Below are positions 54,016 through 64,000 of a stretch of DNA of 64,000 nt, piece after piece (the stretch's first letter is position 1; each line of letters starts with the position of its first letter). The notes beneath the pieces were generated by a model. It saw only the letters and a list, made by a program, of their open reading frames with translations. It was not told where the DNA came from and searched no databases. The translations under genes and the position numbers were made by a program. Source of the DNA: Longimicrobiales bacterium (GTDB taxonomy: Bacteria > Gemmatimonadota > Gemmatimonadetes > Longimicrobiales > Gaopeijiaceae); NCBI GenBank assembly GCA_965238005.1, contig OZ250165.1:2944001-3008000 (forward strand), written 5' to 3'.

Positions 54016-55206
54016 TCACTCGATGGGGGACATACCAACATACTTGAGTCCGCTGCCGGTGTTGAAGAGGACGACCTCAGCGTCGGGGTCCAGGGCCCCC
54101 ATCTCCAGGAGCCCCGGGACCGCGGCGGCCACCGCCCCGCCTTCGGGACAAGCGAACACACCCGTGTCCTTCCCGAGAAAACCCACCCAATCCGCCATGT
54201 CCCGATCCGCGATCGCCACGGCCGCGCCTCCGGACTCACGCACGGCCCGGAGAATCAGGAAGTCGCCGACCGCGCCGGGAACCCTCAGGCCAGCGGCGTA
54301 GGTCTCGGCGTCTTGCCACGGCTCCGCCTCCAGGGCCCCGCTCTCCCAGGCGCGCACCATGGGTGCACATCCGGCGGCCTGCACCGAGAACATCTTCGGA
54401 CGCTCCGAGCCGATCCAGCCGAGACGCTCCATCTCGTCGAAGGCCTTCCACATGCCGATGAGTCCCGTGCCCCCACCCGTGGGATAGACGATGCCGTCCG
54501 GCAAGCGCCCCCCGAGCTGTTCGAAGATCTCGTAACCCATGGTCTTCTTGCCCTCCACCCGGTACGGCTCTTTGAGGGTGGAGAGATCGAACCAGCCGTG
54601 CTCCTCCACACCCCTCCGCACGACCTGGCCACAGTCCGTGATGAGCCCGTCCAGGAGCTGGAGATCCGCGCCGAGCGCCCTCATCTCGGCGAGGATGGGC
54701 GCAGGAGTATCCGTTGGCACGACCACGTGGACCGGGAGGCCCGCCGCGGCCCCGTACGCCGACGCTGCCCCACCGGCGTTGCCGGCAGACGGAAGGGCGA
54801 GCTCGGTGGCTCCGAGCTCCTTGGCCCGGGATACGGCCAGGCACAGCCCGCGATCCTTGAAGCTGCCCGTGGGGTTCTGCCCCTCGTCCTTCACCCAGAC
54901 GCGGCCGACACCCATCCGGGCGGCGAGGCGAGGAGCGTCGAGAAGCGGGGTCCACCCCTCCCCCAGGGAGATCTGGAACGCCCGGTCCCGGACTGGGAGA
55001 ACCTCCTCGTAGCGCCAGAGGTCCGCCCGGCGCCCTACCAGGTCCGACGGCTGGAAAGAGGAGCGCTGAGCATCCAGGTCGTAGCGGGCGAAGTAGGGTT
55101 TTCCAGCCGCGGAAAGGCCGTGGAGCGCCTCGCTCTCGACCGTCTCTCCGGTAGACGTGCATTCCAGGTGCGTGGCTCCGGCGAGGGGCCGCGATTCGTC
55201 GCTCAT
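54016..55206 (-). CDS. thrC: Threonine synthase (PLP fold type II)
   Basis: LWRY, SLGEGWTPL, KDEGQNPTGSFKDRG, PSAGNAG, EGKKTM, PTGGG.G, PEG, FNTGSGLKY. Confidence 0.88.
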   Translation of the reverse strand: MSDESRPLAGATHLECTSTGETVESEALHGLSAAGKPYFARYDLDAQRSSFQPSDLVGRRADLWRYEEVLPVRDRAFQISLGEGWTPLLDAPRLAARMGVGRVWVKDEGQNPTGSFKDRGLCLAVSRAKELGATELALPSAGNAGGAASAYGAAAGLPVHVVVPTDTPAPILAEMRALGADLQLLDGLITDCGQVVRRGVEEHGWFDLSTLKEPYRVEGKKTMGYEIFEQLGGRLPDGIVYPTGGGTGLIGMWKAFDEMERLGWIGSERPKMFSVQAAGCAPMVRAWESGALEAEPWQDAETYAAGLRVPGAVGDFLILRAVRESGGAAVAIADRDMADWVGFLGKDTGVFACPEGGAVAAAVPGLLEMGALDPDAEVVLFNTGSGLKYVGMSPIE

Positions 55207-55909
55207 GGCGTCTCGGTGTAGGGCTTGGCTCAAGCGAGGAAGATAGGAAGCTGGAGGCGCCCGCCAACCCCTAAGCCGGGCCGGATTGCTCGTGTCGCGC
55301 GGGATCCGAGCCCGTGTGCCCGCCGGTGAGGAGCCTCACACCCTTCTACTTCCATCATGATGCGAACCCCAACGCCAGAGTTGCTGGGTCTCGGCCCGCT
55401 CACGAGCCGCTCGGGTAGCGAAGGCCCGAGGAAGCGGAGACAAGGTTTGTGTGACAAGGTTTGCAGCCCGGCGCCGGCCAAGCATAAGAGGCCTTTCCAA
55501 ATTGGGATTCGTACCTCCGTTGATTCGAGCCTGGCCCTAGGACAGGCCCAAGGGCCCCTCTTGCTCTGAGCTTGGTCGGCTTCTGCCTGTCTATCCTTAA
55601 TCCTTTACTCGGGGAGCGACCTCCATGAGTATTGGAATGGCGGTCCGCCAGCCCTAGATGCGGGCCGTCGGGCAACCGCACACGACGACGCATTTTGAAT
55701 CTGAGGCAATCATGTGACGCGCAATCAGTCACTCGGAGGGCAGACCCTCACCGGTGGCTCCGTGGTCCAGTACTCCAGCTGCGCCGTCACGCGCGCGATC
55801 CTCAGCTCGGACTCACCCGGGCACGTCGTTTGCCGAACCGTAGCTGGGTCGACGTCTCGTTCTTGACCTACTGAGTGCGACCTCGATTCGCCGAGGCGCT
55901 ACCGCTGAG

Positions 55910-55938
55910 GCAACCCTGAAGCGCCCCCTCGGCGTCAA
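55910..55938 (+). promoter_or_regulatory. Putative autoregulatory ECF promoter (GCAACC-N17-CGTCAA)
   Basis: AAC and CGTC elements ending 27 bp before the ECF ATG. Confidence 0.45.
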
Positions 55939-55965
55939 AGGAACGGACAACCGAGCCCTCGAGGC

Positions 55966-56526
55966 ATGAACGAAGCTCAGCTGATACGAAAAGCCGTCCA
56001 GGGGGATGGTGCAGCCGTCCGCTCACTGTATGAGCGGTACTCCCCCCGGGTGTACGCAGTCGTCCGCCGGATCGCGGCGGATGACGATTTGGCACATGAC
56101 TACGCCCAGGAGGCGTGGATCAGGGCGATCCGTGCTCTCCCCACGTTCCGCGGGGAATCACGTTTTTCCACGTGGCTCCACCGGATCGCCGTGAACTCGG
56201 CACTTCAGGGCGTGAGGCTGACCGAGACTCGCCAGAAGCGCGAGGCTCCCATGCCGGAGACGATCGCGGTGCCCCCGCCCCGAGGCGACGCGCTCCTAGG
56301 GCAGAAGCTGGAGTGGGCCTTGGACCACCTGCCGGAGCGCATGCGCAAGGTCCTGATCCTCCACGACGTGGAGGGCTATACGCACGATGAGATCGGTGAG
56401 CTGTTGGGGACGGCGGCTGGGACATCCAAGTCCCAGCTGTTCAAGGCGCGAGGGAAGATGAGAGAGTTGCTGAAGGCGCTGAATACGCCGGATGATCGAG
56501 AGGAATTGGAAGCATGGAGCATCTGA
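55966..56526 (+). CDS. ECF RNA polymerase sigma factor
   Basis: DYAQEAWIRA, FRGESRFSTWLHRIAVN, LPERMRKVLILHDVEGYTHDEIGELLG..GTSKSQLFKAR. Confidence 0.93.
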   Translation: MNEAQLIRKAVQGDGAAVRSLYERYSPRVYAVVRRIAADDDLAHDYAQEAWIRAIRALPTFRGESRFSTWLHRIAVNSALQGVRLTETRQKREAPMPETIAVPPPRGDALLGQKLEWALDHLPERMRKVLILHDVEGYTHDEIGELLGTAAGTSKSQLFKARGKMRELLKALNTPDDREELEAWSI

Positions 56527-57182
56527 CCAACGAAACCCTGGCCCGTCTCGTCGACGAGCGTCCCAACCCGAGCGAGCGAGAGCACCTGCATTCATGCACG
56601 CGGTGCGCAGAGGAGCTCCGGGCGTTCAGGCTCCAATCGGAGAGCCTGGGAGAGCTGACCGCCCTCAGGCCGCCCTCGGGGAATTGGGAGTCGCTGGAGG
56701 CACGTCTGGTGAGCGAAGGGCTGATCCGGACGCAAGAGAGCTTCCGCCGCTTCGGCTTCGCCGCGGCGCCGGCCTGGATGCAGGCTGCCGCCGCCATGGT
56801 TCTTTTCCTGGGCGGAACCGGCTTCGGCCTCTCACTCACCAAGGGCGGAGCCCCCGATCCGCTCTCTCTCGAGAACATGATGGTCCCCGTGTCGCGGATC
56901 TCCACGGCCGACGAGGCGGCCCGGGCCGTCGAGTTCGCCGAGCAGACTTATATGCAGGCCCTGGTGCGCTTCCGTCAGCTGGCGGGCGGGGAAGACGAGC
57001 CGCGCTTCGAGGATCCGTTGAGCCGCGTGGCGGCGCTGGAGGGGCTCCTCGCCGCGAGTCAGGAGGCACTGCGCCTCGCTCCCGCCGATCCGGTATTCAA
57101 CGGGTTCCTCGTCAACGTCCTCGCTGAGCGTCAGGAGACGCTCCGGCTGATCTCCGCCAGCGGGGAAGACAACTGGTTCTGA
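56514..57182 (+). CDS. Zinc-finger (ZAS) transmembrane anti-sigma factor
   Basis: HLHSCTRC (HxxxCxxC), single TM (AAAAMVLFLGG), helical periplasmic domain; overlaps the sigma gene. Confidence 0.85.
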   Translation: MEHLTNETLARLVDERPNPSEREHLHSCTRCAEELRAFRLQSESLGELTALRPPSGNWESLEARLVSEGLIRTQESFRRFGFAAAPAWMQAAAAMVLFLGGTGFGLSLTKGGAPDPLSLENMMVPVSRISTADEAARAVEFAEQTYMQALVRFRQLAGGEDEPRFEDPLSRVAALEGLLAASQEALRLAPADPVFNGFLVNVLAERQETLRLISASGEDNWF

Positions 57183-58693
57183 TGAAGCACCTGCGATCCC
57201 TCGTGACGCTACCACGCCACCCGCGGTGGCTCCGGGCCCAGAGCCCGGTGGTGGGGCTCGTCGTGTCCGCGGGGCTCGTCTTGCTCGCTGCCCCTGCGGC
57301 TCGTGCCCAGGTCACCACGCCACGGGTGGTCAGCACCCAGGCCCAACCGACCTTCGTGGTGGAGCGCTCCGATCGGGGCTGGATGGGAATCAGCATCAAC
57401 ATCCGTGTGACGAGTGACGGCACCCGCCCCGGCGAGACCGTGATCCAGGTCGTGCGCACCGTGGACGGAAGTGCCGCCTCGAGGGCCGGTATCGTTCCGG
57501 GTGACGTCATCCAGCGCATCAACCGGGAACCCCTCACCCTTCCGGGATGGGAGAGGCTCGTCGGGAACCTGGCGGTCGGCGACGAAGTTCACCTCGGCGT
57601 TCGGGGAGACGACGACCACGTCCGCGACGTGATGCTCACCGCCGGCACCAGGCCTGACTTCACACCGGTTCCGTCGGAGTTGTCGGATCGTCTGGAGGCC
57701 GTGCGAGAGTCCTTCGAGGCGCGACTCCAATCGGCGCGGGGAGTGTGGGCGAGCCGCGATCATGTCAGGCTCCTCATCTCGGGGGACTCCATCGAGGCAA
57801 CGTCGAACAGGATCCTCGACCAGGCGCGGAGGAACGCGGTCGCGTTCGGCTTCAGTGCGAGATCGGGCGAGACGCCCTCCGATGTGACCTTTCGGAGGCT
57901 GCCCGAGCCACCCGTGGAGGGCGGGATCTCGTTCTCCCAGGGACCGGGCGGGTTCGTGTGGAGCTTCGGTGGTGACTCTGTACGGGGCTGGTCGAGCTCC
58001 GGGCCGGTGCTGGTGGCCCCCAACGTAGAGGCGCGCGGTCAATACTCGGTGGTCTTGAGCGCGCAGTCGGCGCTCCCGTTCGAATACCTGCTGCTCACCT
58101 CTCCCGAAGCCGATTCATTGAAGACGGTCGTCATCCGACTTCGTACGGAGCTGCACTCGCTGAACGAAGCGACTCGCACGCGTGAGCTGGAGATCGTCGA
58201 GATCGTACGGCGGCAGGCCCGGGAGCTCGGTGAGACCGATTTTCGGCTCAACCGGCTGAGGTCCGACAACGACCGGGTTTCCGAGGAGCTCTCACAGGTC
58301 GCAGCGCGGCTCGCCGAAGTCGGCTCTTTGGAAAGACGGGAACGGGCGGCCGGCATTGCCTCGTCAGCTCCGGTCGTTCGGAGCCGCCACGTAACGGCGC
58401 GTCTGGTGGGTCGGAACTTCGTGGGCGGCGCCCAGTTGAGCGATCTGAATCCGCGTCTGTCCGCATACTTCGGCGCCGAGCGCGGCGTGCTCGTCATCGA
58501 CGTGTTGAGAGGCACCCCCGCGTTCAACGCGGGCCTGGTCCCCGGCGACGTCGTCGTCCGAGTCGGCAGCACCGAGATCGATGGCCTGACGGCCTTCCGA
58601 AGGGTGCTGAACGCGGTCTACGGCCGGGAGCGGAACGCCGTCCTCTCGTTGATCCGCAAAGGCGAACCGGTCCTAGCTACGCTATCGCGGTAG
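57182..58693 (+). CDS. Exported protein with two PDZ domains and a central coiled coil
   Basis: GWMGISI...V.GSAA.RAGI.PGDVI and GVLV..V..GTPA..AGL.PGDVV; no trypsin GNSGG motif seen. Confidence 0.78.
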   Translation: MKHLRSLVTLPRHPRWLRAQSPVVGLVVSAGLVLLAAPAARAQVTTPRVVSTQAQPTFVVERSDRGWMGISINIRVTSDGTRPGETVIQVVRTVDGSAASRAGIVPGDVIQRINREPLTLPGWERLVGNLAVGDEVHLGVRGDDDHVRDVMLTAGTRPDFTPVPSELSDRLEAVRESFEARLQSARGVWASRDHVRLLISGDSIEATSNRILDQARRNAVAFGFSARSGETPSDVTFRRLPEPPVEGGISFSQGPGGFVWSFGGDSVRGWSSSGPVLVAPNVEARGQYSVVLSAQSALPFEYLLLTSPEADSLKTVVIRLRTELHSLNEATRTRELEIVEIVRRQARELGETDFRLNRLRSDNDRVSEELSQVAARLAEVGSLERRERAAGIASSAPVVRSRHVTARLVGRNFVGGAQLSDLNPRLSAYFGAERGVLVIDVLRGTPAFNAGLVPGDVVVRVGSTEIDGLTAFRRVLNAVYGRERNAVLSLIRKGEPVLATLSR

Positions 58694-58834
58694 GCGCTGG
58701 GGGTTGTGGTGCCCCCTGGAGCCGACGCTTCGCTCCACGGCTTCGCCGCGGATCGTCTCCCGCGAGCGGTATGCCGCCCCACCCACCCGCCAACGCCCCG
58801 CGATAAGGCGCAGGGGAGTCGCCGCCCCACGCGT

Positions 58835-60049
58835 TTATTCGTGGCGCAACGCGTCGATGGGATCGAGCTTGGCCGCCCGCTGGGCCGGCCAAATCCCGAA
58901 GAACAGCCCGATCCCGGCGGAGAACGCCAGGGCGATGACCACCGACTCGAGCGCCACCGCCGTCTCCCAGTTGGCCATCCGTGTCAGGGCCTCCGCCCCA
59001 CCCACGCCCACCAGGACGCCCAGAACGCCCCCCATGACACACAGTACGAGGGCCTCGATGAGGAACTGGAAGAGAATGGCCTTCTTGGTGGCCCCCAGAG
59101 CTTTCCGCACCCCGATCTCGCGCGTCCGCTCGGTCACGCTCACCAGCATGATGTTCATGATGCCGATGCCGCCCACCATCAGGCTGATGGCCGCGATGCC
59201 CGCCAGGAGCATGGTGAAGGTCTGGGTGGTCTCGTTGAAGGTGGCCACGAGGTCGCTCGAGTTCCTGATGCTGAAGTCGGTGTTCTCACCCGGCCGCACT
59301 TTGTGCTCGCGTCGCAAGATCCGGTCGATCTCGGCGAAAGCCCGGTCCATAGCGTCCGTCGACGGGACCTGGGCATAGATAGACGAGAGCCTCCGGCGCC
59401 CGCCAAACACCCTGAATTGGGCCGTCGAGGTCGGGATGAAGACCTCCTCGTCGGGCCGGAAGAAGCCGGCGTCCCCCTTCTCCTCTATGACACCCACCAC
59501 CTCGAAGGGCTGCCCGCGAATCTGGATTCTCTTGCCCACGAGAACCGGCGCCGGCGTCCCCAACGCCTCTGGGACGGCGTAGCCCAGAATGGCCACACGG
59601 CGCCGACCCTGGACTTGTCCCTGATCGAAGATCGCGCCGTGCTCGACATGGAGGTTGTACATGTCGAAGTACTCGGGCCAGACACCGCGGACCTGATTGT
59701 TCGAGTTCCAGCGAAGGTAGGTGAGCTGTACACGCGAGCTCACCACCGGAGAAATGCTCAGCAGCCCTCCGCTCTGGTCTCGCAGAGCCTCGGCGTCCTC
59801 CACCGTGAGGTCTTCGGTGTCACCCGTGGATACGCCTCCCCAGAACCGCTGGCCCGCCCTGATCGTGAGCACGTTGGTGCCCATCCGCGATATCTGGTCC
59901 TCCACACGGCGCTGGGCTCCCTCTCCCAGCGCCACCATGGCGATCACGGCAGAGACGCCGATAATGATCCCGAGGGTCGTGAGGAAGGAACGGAGCATGT
60001 TCGCGCGGATCGCCCCCAGCGCTACCCAGAGAATCTCCCGGATCAGCAT
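58835..60049 (-). CDS. MacB/FtsX-family ABC permease
   Basis: RSFLTTLGIIIGV, ISLMVGGIGIMNIMLVSVTERTREIGVRKALGA, PA.RAAKLDPIDALRHE. Confidence 0.94.
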   Translation of the reverse strand: MLIREILWVALGAIRANMLRSFLTTLGIIIGVSAVIAMVALGEGAQRRVEDQISRMGTNVLTIRAGQRFWGGVSTGDTEDLTVEDAEALRDQSGGLLSISPVVSSRVQLTYLRWNSNNQVRGVWPEYFDMYNLHVEHGAIFDQGQVQGRRRVAILGYAVPEALGTPAPVLVGKRIQIRGQPFEVVGVIEEKGDAGFFRPDEEVFIPTSTAQFRVFGGRRRLSSIYAQVPSTDAMDRAFAEIDRILRREHKVRPGENTDFSIRNSSDLVATFNETTQTFTMLLAGIAAISLMVGGIGIMNIMLVSVTERTREIGVRKALGATKKAILFQFLIEALVLCVMGGVLGVLVGVGGAEALTRMANWETAVALESVVIALAFSAGIGLFFGIWPAQRAAKLDPIDALRHE

Positions 60050-60052
60050 GGA

Positions 60053-61639
60053 CTACCGCCTCCCGCCACCAAAGGGAGAGGTTCGGGAGCGGATACGCTC
60101 GAGGAGCTCGTCCTGCGTCGCCCGGAGCTGGGCGGCTCCGATGAGGACCACATGCTCACCCTCCTCGACGCCACTCACCACCTGGGTGTAATCCCAGTCG
60201 TTCAGACCGATCATCACGGCGCGCGGCTCGATCGTCCCGTCCTCCCCGACCACGAACAACACCGCACGCCGCGACTCCTGTGCCGATCCAGACCCAGCCT
60301 GGCCCTGCCCACCGGGTGGCCGTCCGGCAAATGGACCTTGACCGGCTCCACCACCGGACCCACTCTGGCCTGAAGCCGCTCGCCGCTGCTGGAAGATCGC
60401 GCGGGCCGAGTCCTGGGAGATTTCGCCTCGGGCCACGCGGGCGCGGAGCGAATCGAAGCTCGCCTGGCCTCCCTCCGGCCTGGCCTGGCCTGCTCCCGGC
60501 CTCCCTTGCCCGCCGCCCGAAGCGGCTCGATCGCCGCCGCGAGATCCGGCGCCCGGTCGCCCGCCTCTCTGTCCGGCGCCCTCCCCACCGGCACCTGGCC
60601 CTCCAGCCCGCTGCCTATCGGAACCGGAGCCACCACCCCGGCCGCCGCCCATACCGGGGAACATGCTGCGCATGTCGACGGCGTCCTCTGGGAGCCCGAG
60701 GACCATGGCTGCTGCCACCGCGTCCTGCGGAGTCACCACGGCGGCGTTGGGGATCAGCAGCACCGCGGGAGCCTCGGCGATCTCCACTGCGACCTCGGCG
60801 TTCATTCCGGGCCTGAGGAGGTTGGAGCTGTTGTCGAGTCGCACGATGACGGGGAACATGGTCACGTTCTGTTGGACCACGGCCTGAGGTTCGATCTTCT
60901 CCACCTCGCCGATGAAGGAAAGATCCGGGTACGCCTCGACCTGGACCGAGGCCCGCATTCCATCACGGATCTGACCCATGTCGGTCTCGTCCACGAGCGT
61001 GCGGACCTGCATCTGTTCCAGATTCGCCATGATCATGAGGACCGTGCCACCCGACACGTTCTGGGAAGCGGACTGAATGACCTGACCCTCCTCGACGCTC
61101 TTCGTCAGGATGGTCCCGGCCATGGGCGCACGTATGGTCACGTCCCCCATACGAAGCTGAGCGAGCTCGTAGTTCGTCTCCGCCTTCACCAGTGTGGCTT
61201 GGGAGTTGGCGTACTCCAGGTTCTTGCTCTCGTGCTCCTGCGCCGAGATCACGGCGGAGGCCAAGAGCTCCTCGGAGCGCCTGAGCTGGGCCTCGCTGAT
61301 GTCGAGCCTTGCTTGCGCCACCTCCAGGTCGGCCTCGGCCTGGTCAAAGGCGTTTCGAACGTCCCGTGGATCGATCTGGGCAAGGAGCGCCCCGGGCTCG
61401 ACCCGATCACCGATGTCGACGTAGAGGCGCAAGATCTCGCCGGAAGCCTTGGACTTCACCTCCACCTGGCGGACGGGCTCAACGTTACCCGTCGCCTCGG
61501 CTGTGATCATCAGGTCCCCCTGCTCGACGAGCGCGGTCTGGACCGTCGGGGCCTCGTCGGCCTCGCTGGTCCCGCAGGCGACGGCCAGGGGCAGGAAAAG
61601 AGCCCCTGCCCAGGATCTGATCATGCGGTTCGACGTCAT
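60053..61639 (-). CDS. Membrane fusion protein (MacA-like lipoprotein) with Gly-rich insertion
   Basis: Lipobox [45 protein letters not shown]. Confidence 0.9.
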   Translation of the reverse strand: MTSNRMIRSWAGALFLPLAVACGTSEADEAPTVQTALVEQGDLMITAEATGNVEPVRQVEVKSKASGEILRLYVDIGDRVEPGALLAQIDPRDVRNAFDQAEADLEVAQARLDISEAQLRRSEELLASAVISAQEHESKNLEYANSQATLVKAETNYELAQLRMGDVTIRAPMAGTILTKSVEEGQVIQSASQNVSGGTVLMIMANLEQMQVRTLVDETDMGQIRDGMRASVQVEAYPDLSFIGEVEKIEPQAVVQQNVTMFPVIVRLDNSSNLLRPGMNAEVAVEIAEAPAVLLIPNAAVVTPQDAVAAAMVLGLPEDAVDMRSMFPGMGGGRGGGSGSDRQRAGGPGAGGEGAGQRGGRPGAGSRGGDRAASGGGQGRPGAGQARPEGGQASFDSLRARVARGEISQDSARAIFQQRRAASGQSGSGGGAGQGPFAGRPPGGQGQAGSGSAQESRRAVLFVVGEDGTIEPRAVMIGLNDWDYTQVVSGVEEGEHVVLIGAAQLRATQDELLERIRSRTSPFGGGRR

Positions 61640-62343
61640 ACGTGTATCCCTGTTTGCTCGTGCACGAAATCCTTGGCGATCACGCCGTCGTGAAGGTGGA
61701 CCTGCCGCTTGGAGTACTCCGCGATGTCGTGCTCGTGAGTGACAACGACGATGGTCTGCCCCTGCCGGTTCAGCTCGACCAACACGGCCATGATCTCCTG
61801 GCTTGTCACCGAGTCGAGGTTGCCGGTCGGCTCGTCCGCCAGGAGCAGCGCCGGGTCGTTCACCAGAGCCCTCGCCACGGCCACCCTTTGCCTTTGCCCG
61901 CCCGAGAGCTCCGGCGGACGGTGATCCATTCGATCTGCCAGCCCCACCAGCTCCAGCTTCCCCTCGGCCCGTCGTTTCCGCTCCTTCGCGCCGACGCCGG
62001 CATAGATGAGGGGGAGCTCTACGTTGTGCAGTGCCGTAGCCCTTGGCAGGAGGTTGAAGGTCTGGAAGACGAAGCCGATCTCCCGGTTGCGAATACGGGC
62101 GAGCTCGTCGTCGGAGAGGTCGCTGACTTGAACGCCGTTCAGCCAGTACTGGCCTTCGGTGGGCGTGTCCAAGCAGCCGATGAGGTTCATGAACGTCGAC
62201 TTCCCGCTCCCCGACGGACCCATGATGGCCACGAACTCACCCGGCTGGATCTCCAGATCCACTGCCCTCAGAGCTCGGACGGTTTCGCCGCCCAGGACGT
62301 AGTCCTTCCCGAGTCCCTTGGTCTGGATGATCAGTTGGCTCAC
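61636..62343 (-). CDS. ABC transporter ATP-binding protein (MacB/LolD type)
   Basis: [47 protein letters not shown]. Confidence 0.95.
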   Translation of the reverse strand: MSQLIIQTKGLGKDYVLGGETVRALRAVDLEIQPGEFVAIMGPSGSGKSTFMNLIGCLDTPTEGQYWLNGVQVSDLSDDELARIRNREIGFVFQTFNLLPRATALHNVELPLIYAGVGAKERKRRAEGKLELVGLADRMDHRPPELSGGQRQRVAVARALVNDPALLLADEPTGNLDSVTSQEIMAVLVELNRQGQTIVVVTHEHDIAEYSKRQVHLHDGVIAKDFVHEQTGIHV

Positions 62344-63653
62344 AGCTCCCTCCCCAGTATCGCCTCGAGCTCCGCGCGTGCCAGAACGTAATCGTAGCGC
62401 GCATTCACGAGGTCCACCCTCGCCTGATCGGCCGCGATCTGACTCGTGATGACGTCCAAGATGATCGCCACGTCCGCTTCATACCGTGCTCGCGTGACCC
62501 TGAGGTCCTCGTCCGCCACGGCCACCGCCTCCTCCGCGATCTCGATGGCACGCTCCGACGTCTCCAGGGCCCTCAGCGCCGCGTCGGCCTCCTGACGGGA
62601 GCCCAGCCGGGCGTCGTCTTCCTGGAGCCGCGCCAAGCGCGTCGAAAATTCCGCCCGCACGATGCTGGCCTCACGATTGAACCCGTTGAACAGAGGGTAA
62701 CTAAGGTTGAAGTTCAGGTTCCAGCTCGTATTCCCCCCACTGAACGAAGCCTCCTGATTCGACCAGTTGTAGCCGCTGCTGAGGCTGAGGCTGGGGATGT
62801 ACACGCTCTTGGAGGAGGCGTACTCCCTCTGGGCCGCCACCGTCGCCGCCTCGGCCGCCAGGACCGATGGGGCTTGGGCTTCGGCGATCAGGAAGGCCTC
62901 TGCCTCGTCCATGGGAAGCGGCCGGGGAGCGAGGTCATCGGGGGCTATGGGGATCACCGGCGCGGCCTCGCCGATCAGCCGTCCAAGGCTGAAACGAGCC
63001 GCCCGTGTCGCGACCTCCGCGCTGAGCACCGCTTGGCGGGCGTTGATCATCTCCAGGCGAGCTCTGAGCGTGTCCGATACCGTCCCCGCGCCGACTCGCA
63101 CCCGTGTGCGGGTCATCTCCAGGCTCTGGTTCGCCTGCTCGATCCGACGACGGGCGACCTCCAGGAGCTCCTCCTGCCGAAGCGCCTGGAAGAACAGGTT
63201 CTTGGTCTCGAAAATGACGGCGAAGCGCTGATCCTCACGCCGGGCCTCCGCCGCTGTCAGATCCGCCCTGGCCCGGCTGAGCTCCGAAAACCGCTGTCCA
63301 CCACGGAAGATGTCGTAGCGCGCCGTGATGCCCGCATTGTACGAGTTGGAACTGCCCGATACGAGCCGATCAGTCCCCGGGTCGAACCGCTCCGTGCTCC
63401 GCACCGACATCCCCGAGCTCGTCGAGACCGTGGGTATGAACGCTCCTAAAGCCGTCCTCCTCGACTCCCCGGCGTTCACCACCGACTGCTCGGACTGAGC
63501 TATCAGCGGGCTCCGCACCAGGCCCTGGGCGATGGCGTCATCCAGGGTAATGCGGGTCGCGCCCGGGTCCAGGAGGGGCTGCTCCTGCGCGCTCCCCGGC
63601 GTGTTCAGCGCCATCATCACGGCACCGAGCGTAAGGGTCAAACGTATGGTCAT
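62340..63653 (-). CDS. TolC-family outer-membrane efflux protein
   Basis: Signal peptide, duplicated OEP repeats (PTVS...YDIFRGG; PSLSL...YPLFNG); in an operon with the ABC and MFP genes. Confidence 0.88.
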   Translation of the reverse strand: MTIRLTLTLGAVMMALNTPGSAQEQPLLDPGATRITLDDAIAQGLVRSPLIAQSEQSVVNAGESRRTALGAFIPTVSTSSGMSVRSTERFDPGTDRLVSGSSNSYNAGITARYDIFRGGQRFSELSRARADLTAAEARREDQRFAVIFETKNLFFQALRQEELLEVARRRIEQANQSLEMTRTRVRVGAGTVSDTLRARLEMINARQAVLSAEVATRAARFSLGRLIGEAAPVIPIAPDDLAPRPLPMDEAEAFLIAEAQAPSVLAAEAATVAAQREYASSKSVYIPSLSLSSGYNWSNQEASFSGGNTSWNLNFNLSYPLFNGFNREASIVRAEFSTRLARLQEDDARLGSRQEADAALRALETSERAIEIAEEAVAVADEDLRVTRARYEADVAIILDVITSQIAADQARVDLVNARYDYVLARAELEAILGREL

Positions 63654-63658
63654 GAGGC

Positions 63659-64000
63659 TTACCGTCTCGAGTTCCTAGAGCTTTGCGAGTGCCGCTTCGC
63701 GTCATGCTCTTCCAGGAGCGCATCATACATGGAGCGCTGATCGTCGGTCAGGACCTCTTTGATCTCCTCTCTCAGGTCGCTGATGACGGCTCGGTAGCGA
63801 GGCCGGAATTCGGAATCCAGATCCCGCATGCGCCCTCGATGATACGCTACGAGTGAATCCACCGACGCCTTCTGAGTTGAGCTGAGGCCCACCCGGTCGA
63901 CGATCATTCCGTTCTGCCTGTCTCGGTCCGTTCGCCGCTCCTCCGTGCCCGACGTCTCCGGAGTGCTGGCGCTGGCCGTCTGGTCCCACGCGAGGCCGAC
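63659..64000 (-). CDS. Spy/CpxP-like (LTxxQ) periplasmic helical protein, 5' end beyond the window
   Basis: Frame open from the edge; GLSSTQK and VLTDDQR motifs; first visible gene of the exporter operon. Confidence 0.6.
   Translation of the reverse strand, partial: VGLAWDQTASASTPETSGTEERRTDRDRQNGMIVDRVGLSSTQKASVDSLVAYHRGRMRDLDSEFRPRYRAVISDLREEIKEVLTDDQRSMYDALLEEHDAKRHSQSSRNSRR

Overview
GC-rich bacterial chromosomal window with no rRNA, tRNA, CRISPR array or recognisable transposase. Gene content (SprA-like giant beta-barrel, LptF/G, TonB receptor, several ECF sigma/anti-sigma operons) indicates a diderm; Gemmatimonadota is my inference and is not demonstrated. Left to right: edge-truncated secreted peptidase-M15/DUF5715-like gene, sodA, dinB, amino-acid symporter, HIT protein, a same-strand run sprA-like/comEA/pilB/pilT/pilC, lptF-lptG, a DapF homologue with both catalytic Cys replaced by Ser, metH plus a homocysteine methyltransferase-MTHFR fusion and a convergent MTHFR-like gene, pepP, an ECF module whose anti-sigma and outer-membrane partner both carry glycogen-binding (CBM48-like) domains, and an S9 peptidase. 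An accessory, partly decayed region (about 35-48.5 kb) holds two minor-pilin clusters with three large PilX-like proteins and no PilY1, separated by a nucleotidyltransferase TA-like pair. The right end has a TonB receptor, lipoproteins, thrC, a second ECF/zinc anti-sigma/PDZ operon and a MacAB-TolC-like exporter. Best novelty candidates: (1) the CBM48 ECF module, whose two transcription units share the motif ATGTGACCC-N13-CTCGTCTA; (2) the Ser/Ser DapF; (3) the PilY1-less pilus tip clusters with tandem mosaic PilX adhesins; (4) the sprA-comEA-T4P linkage; (5) a degenerate fused MTHFR domain beside an apparently intact stand-alone one. All product calls come from reading motifs by eye; no database searches were run.
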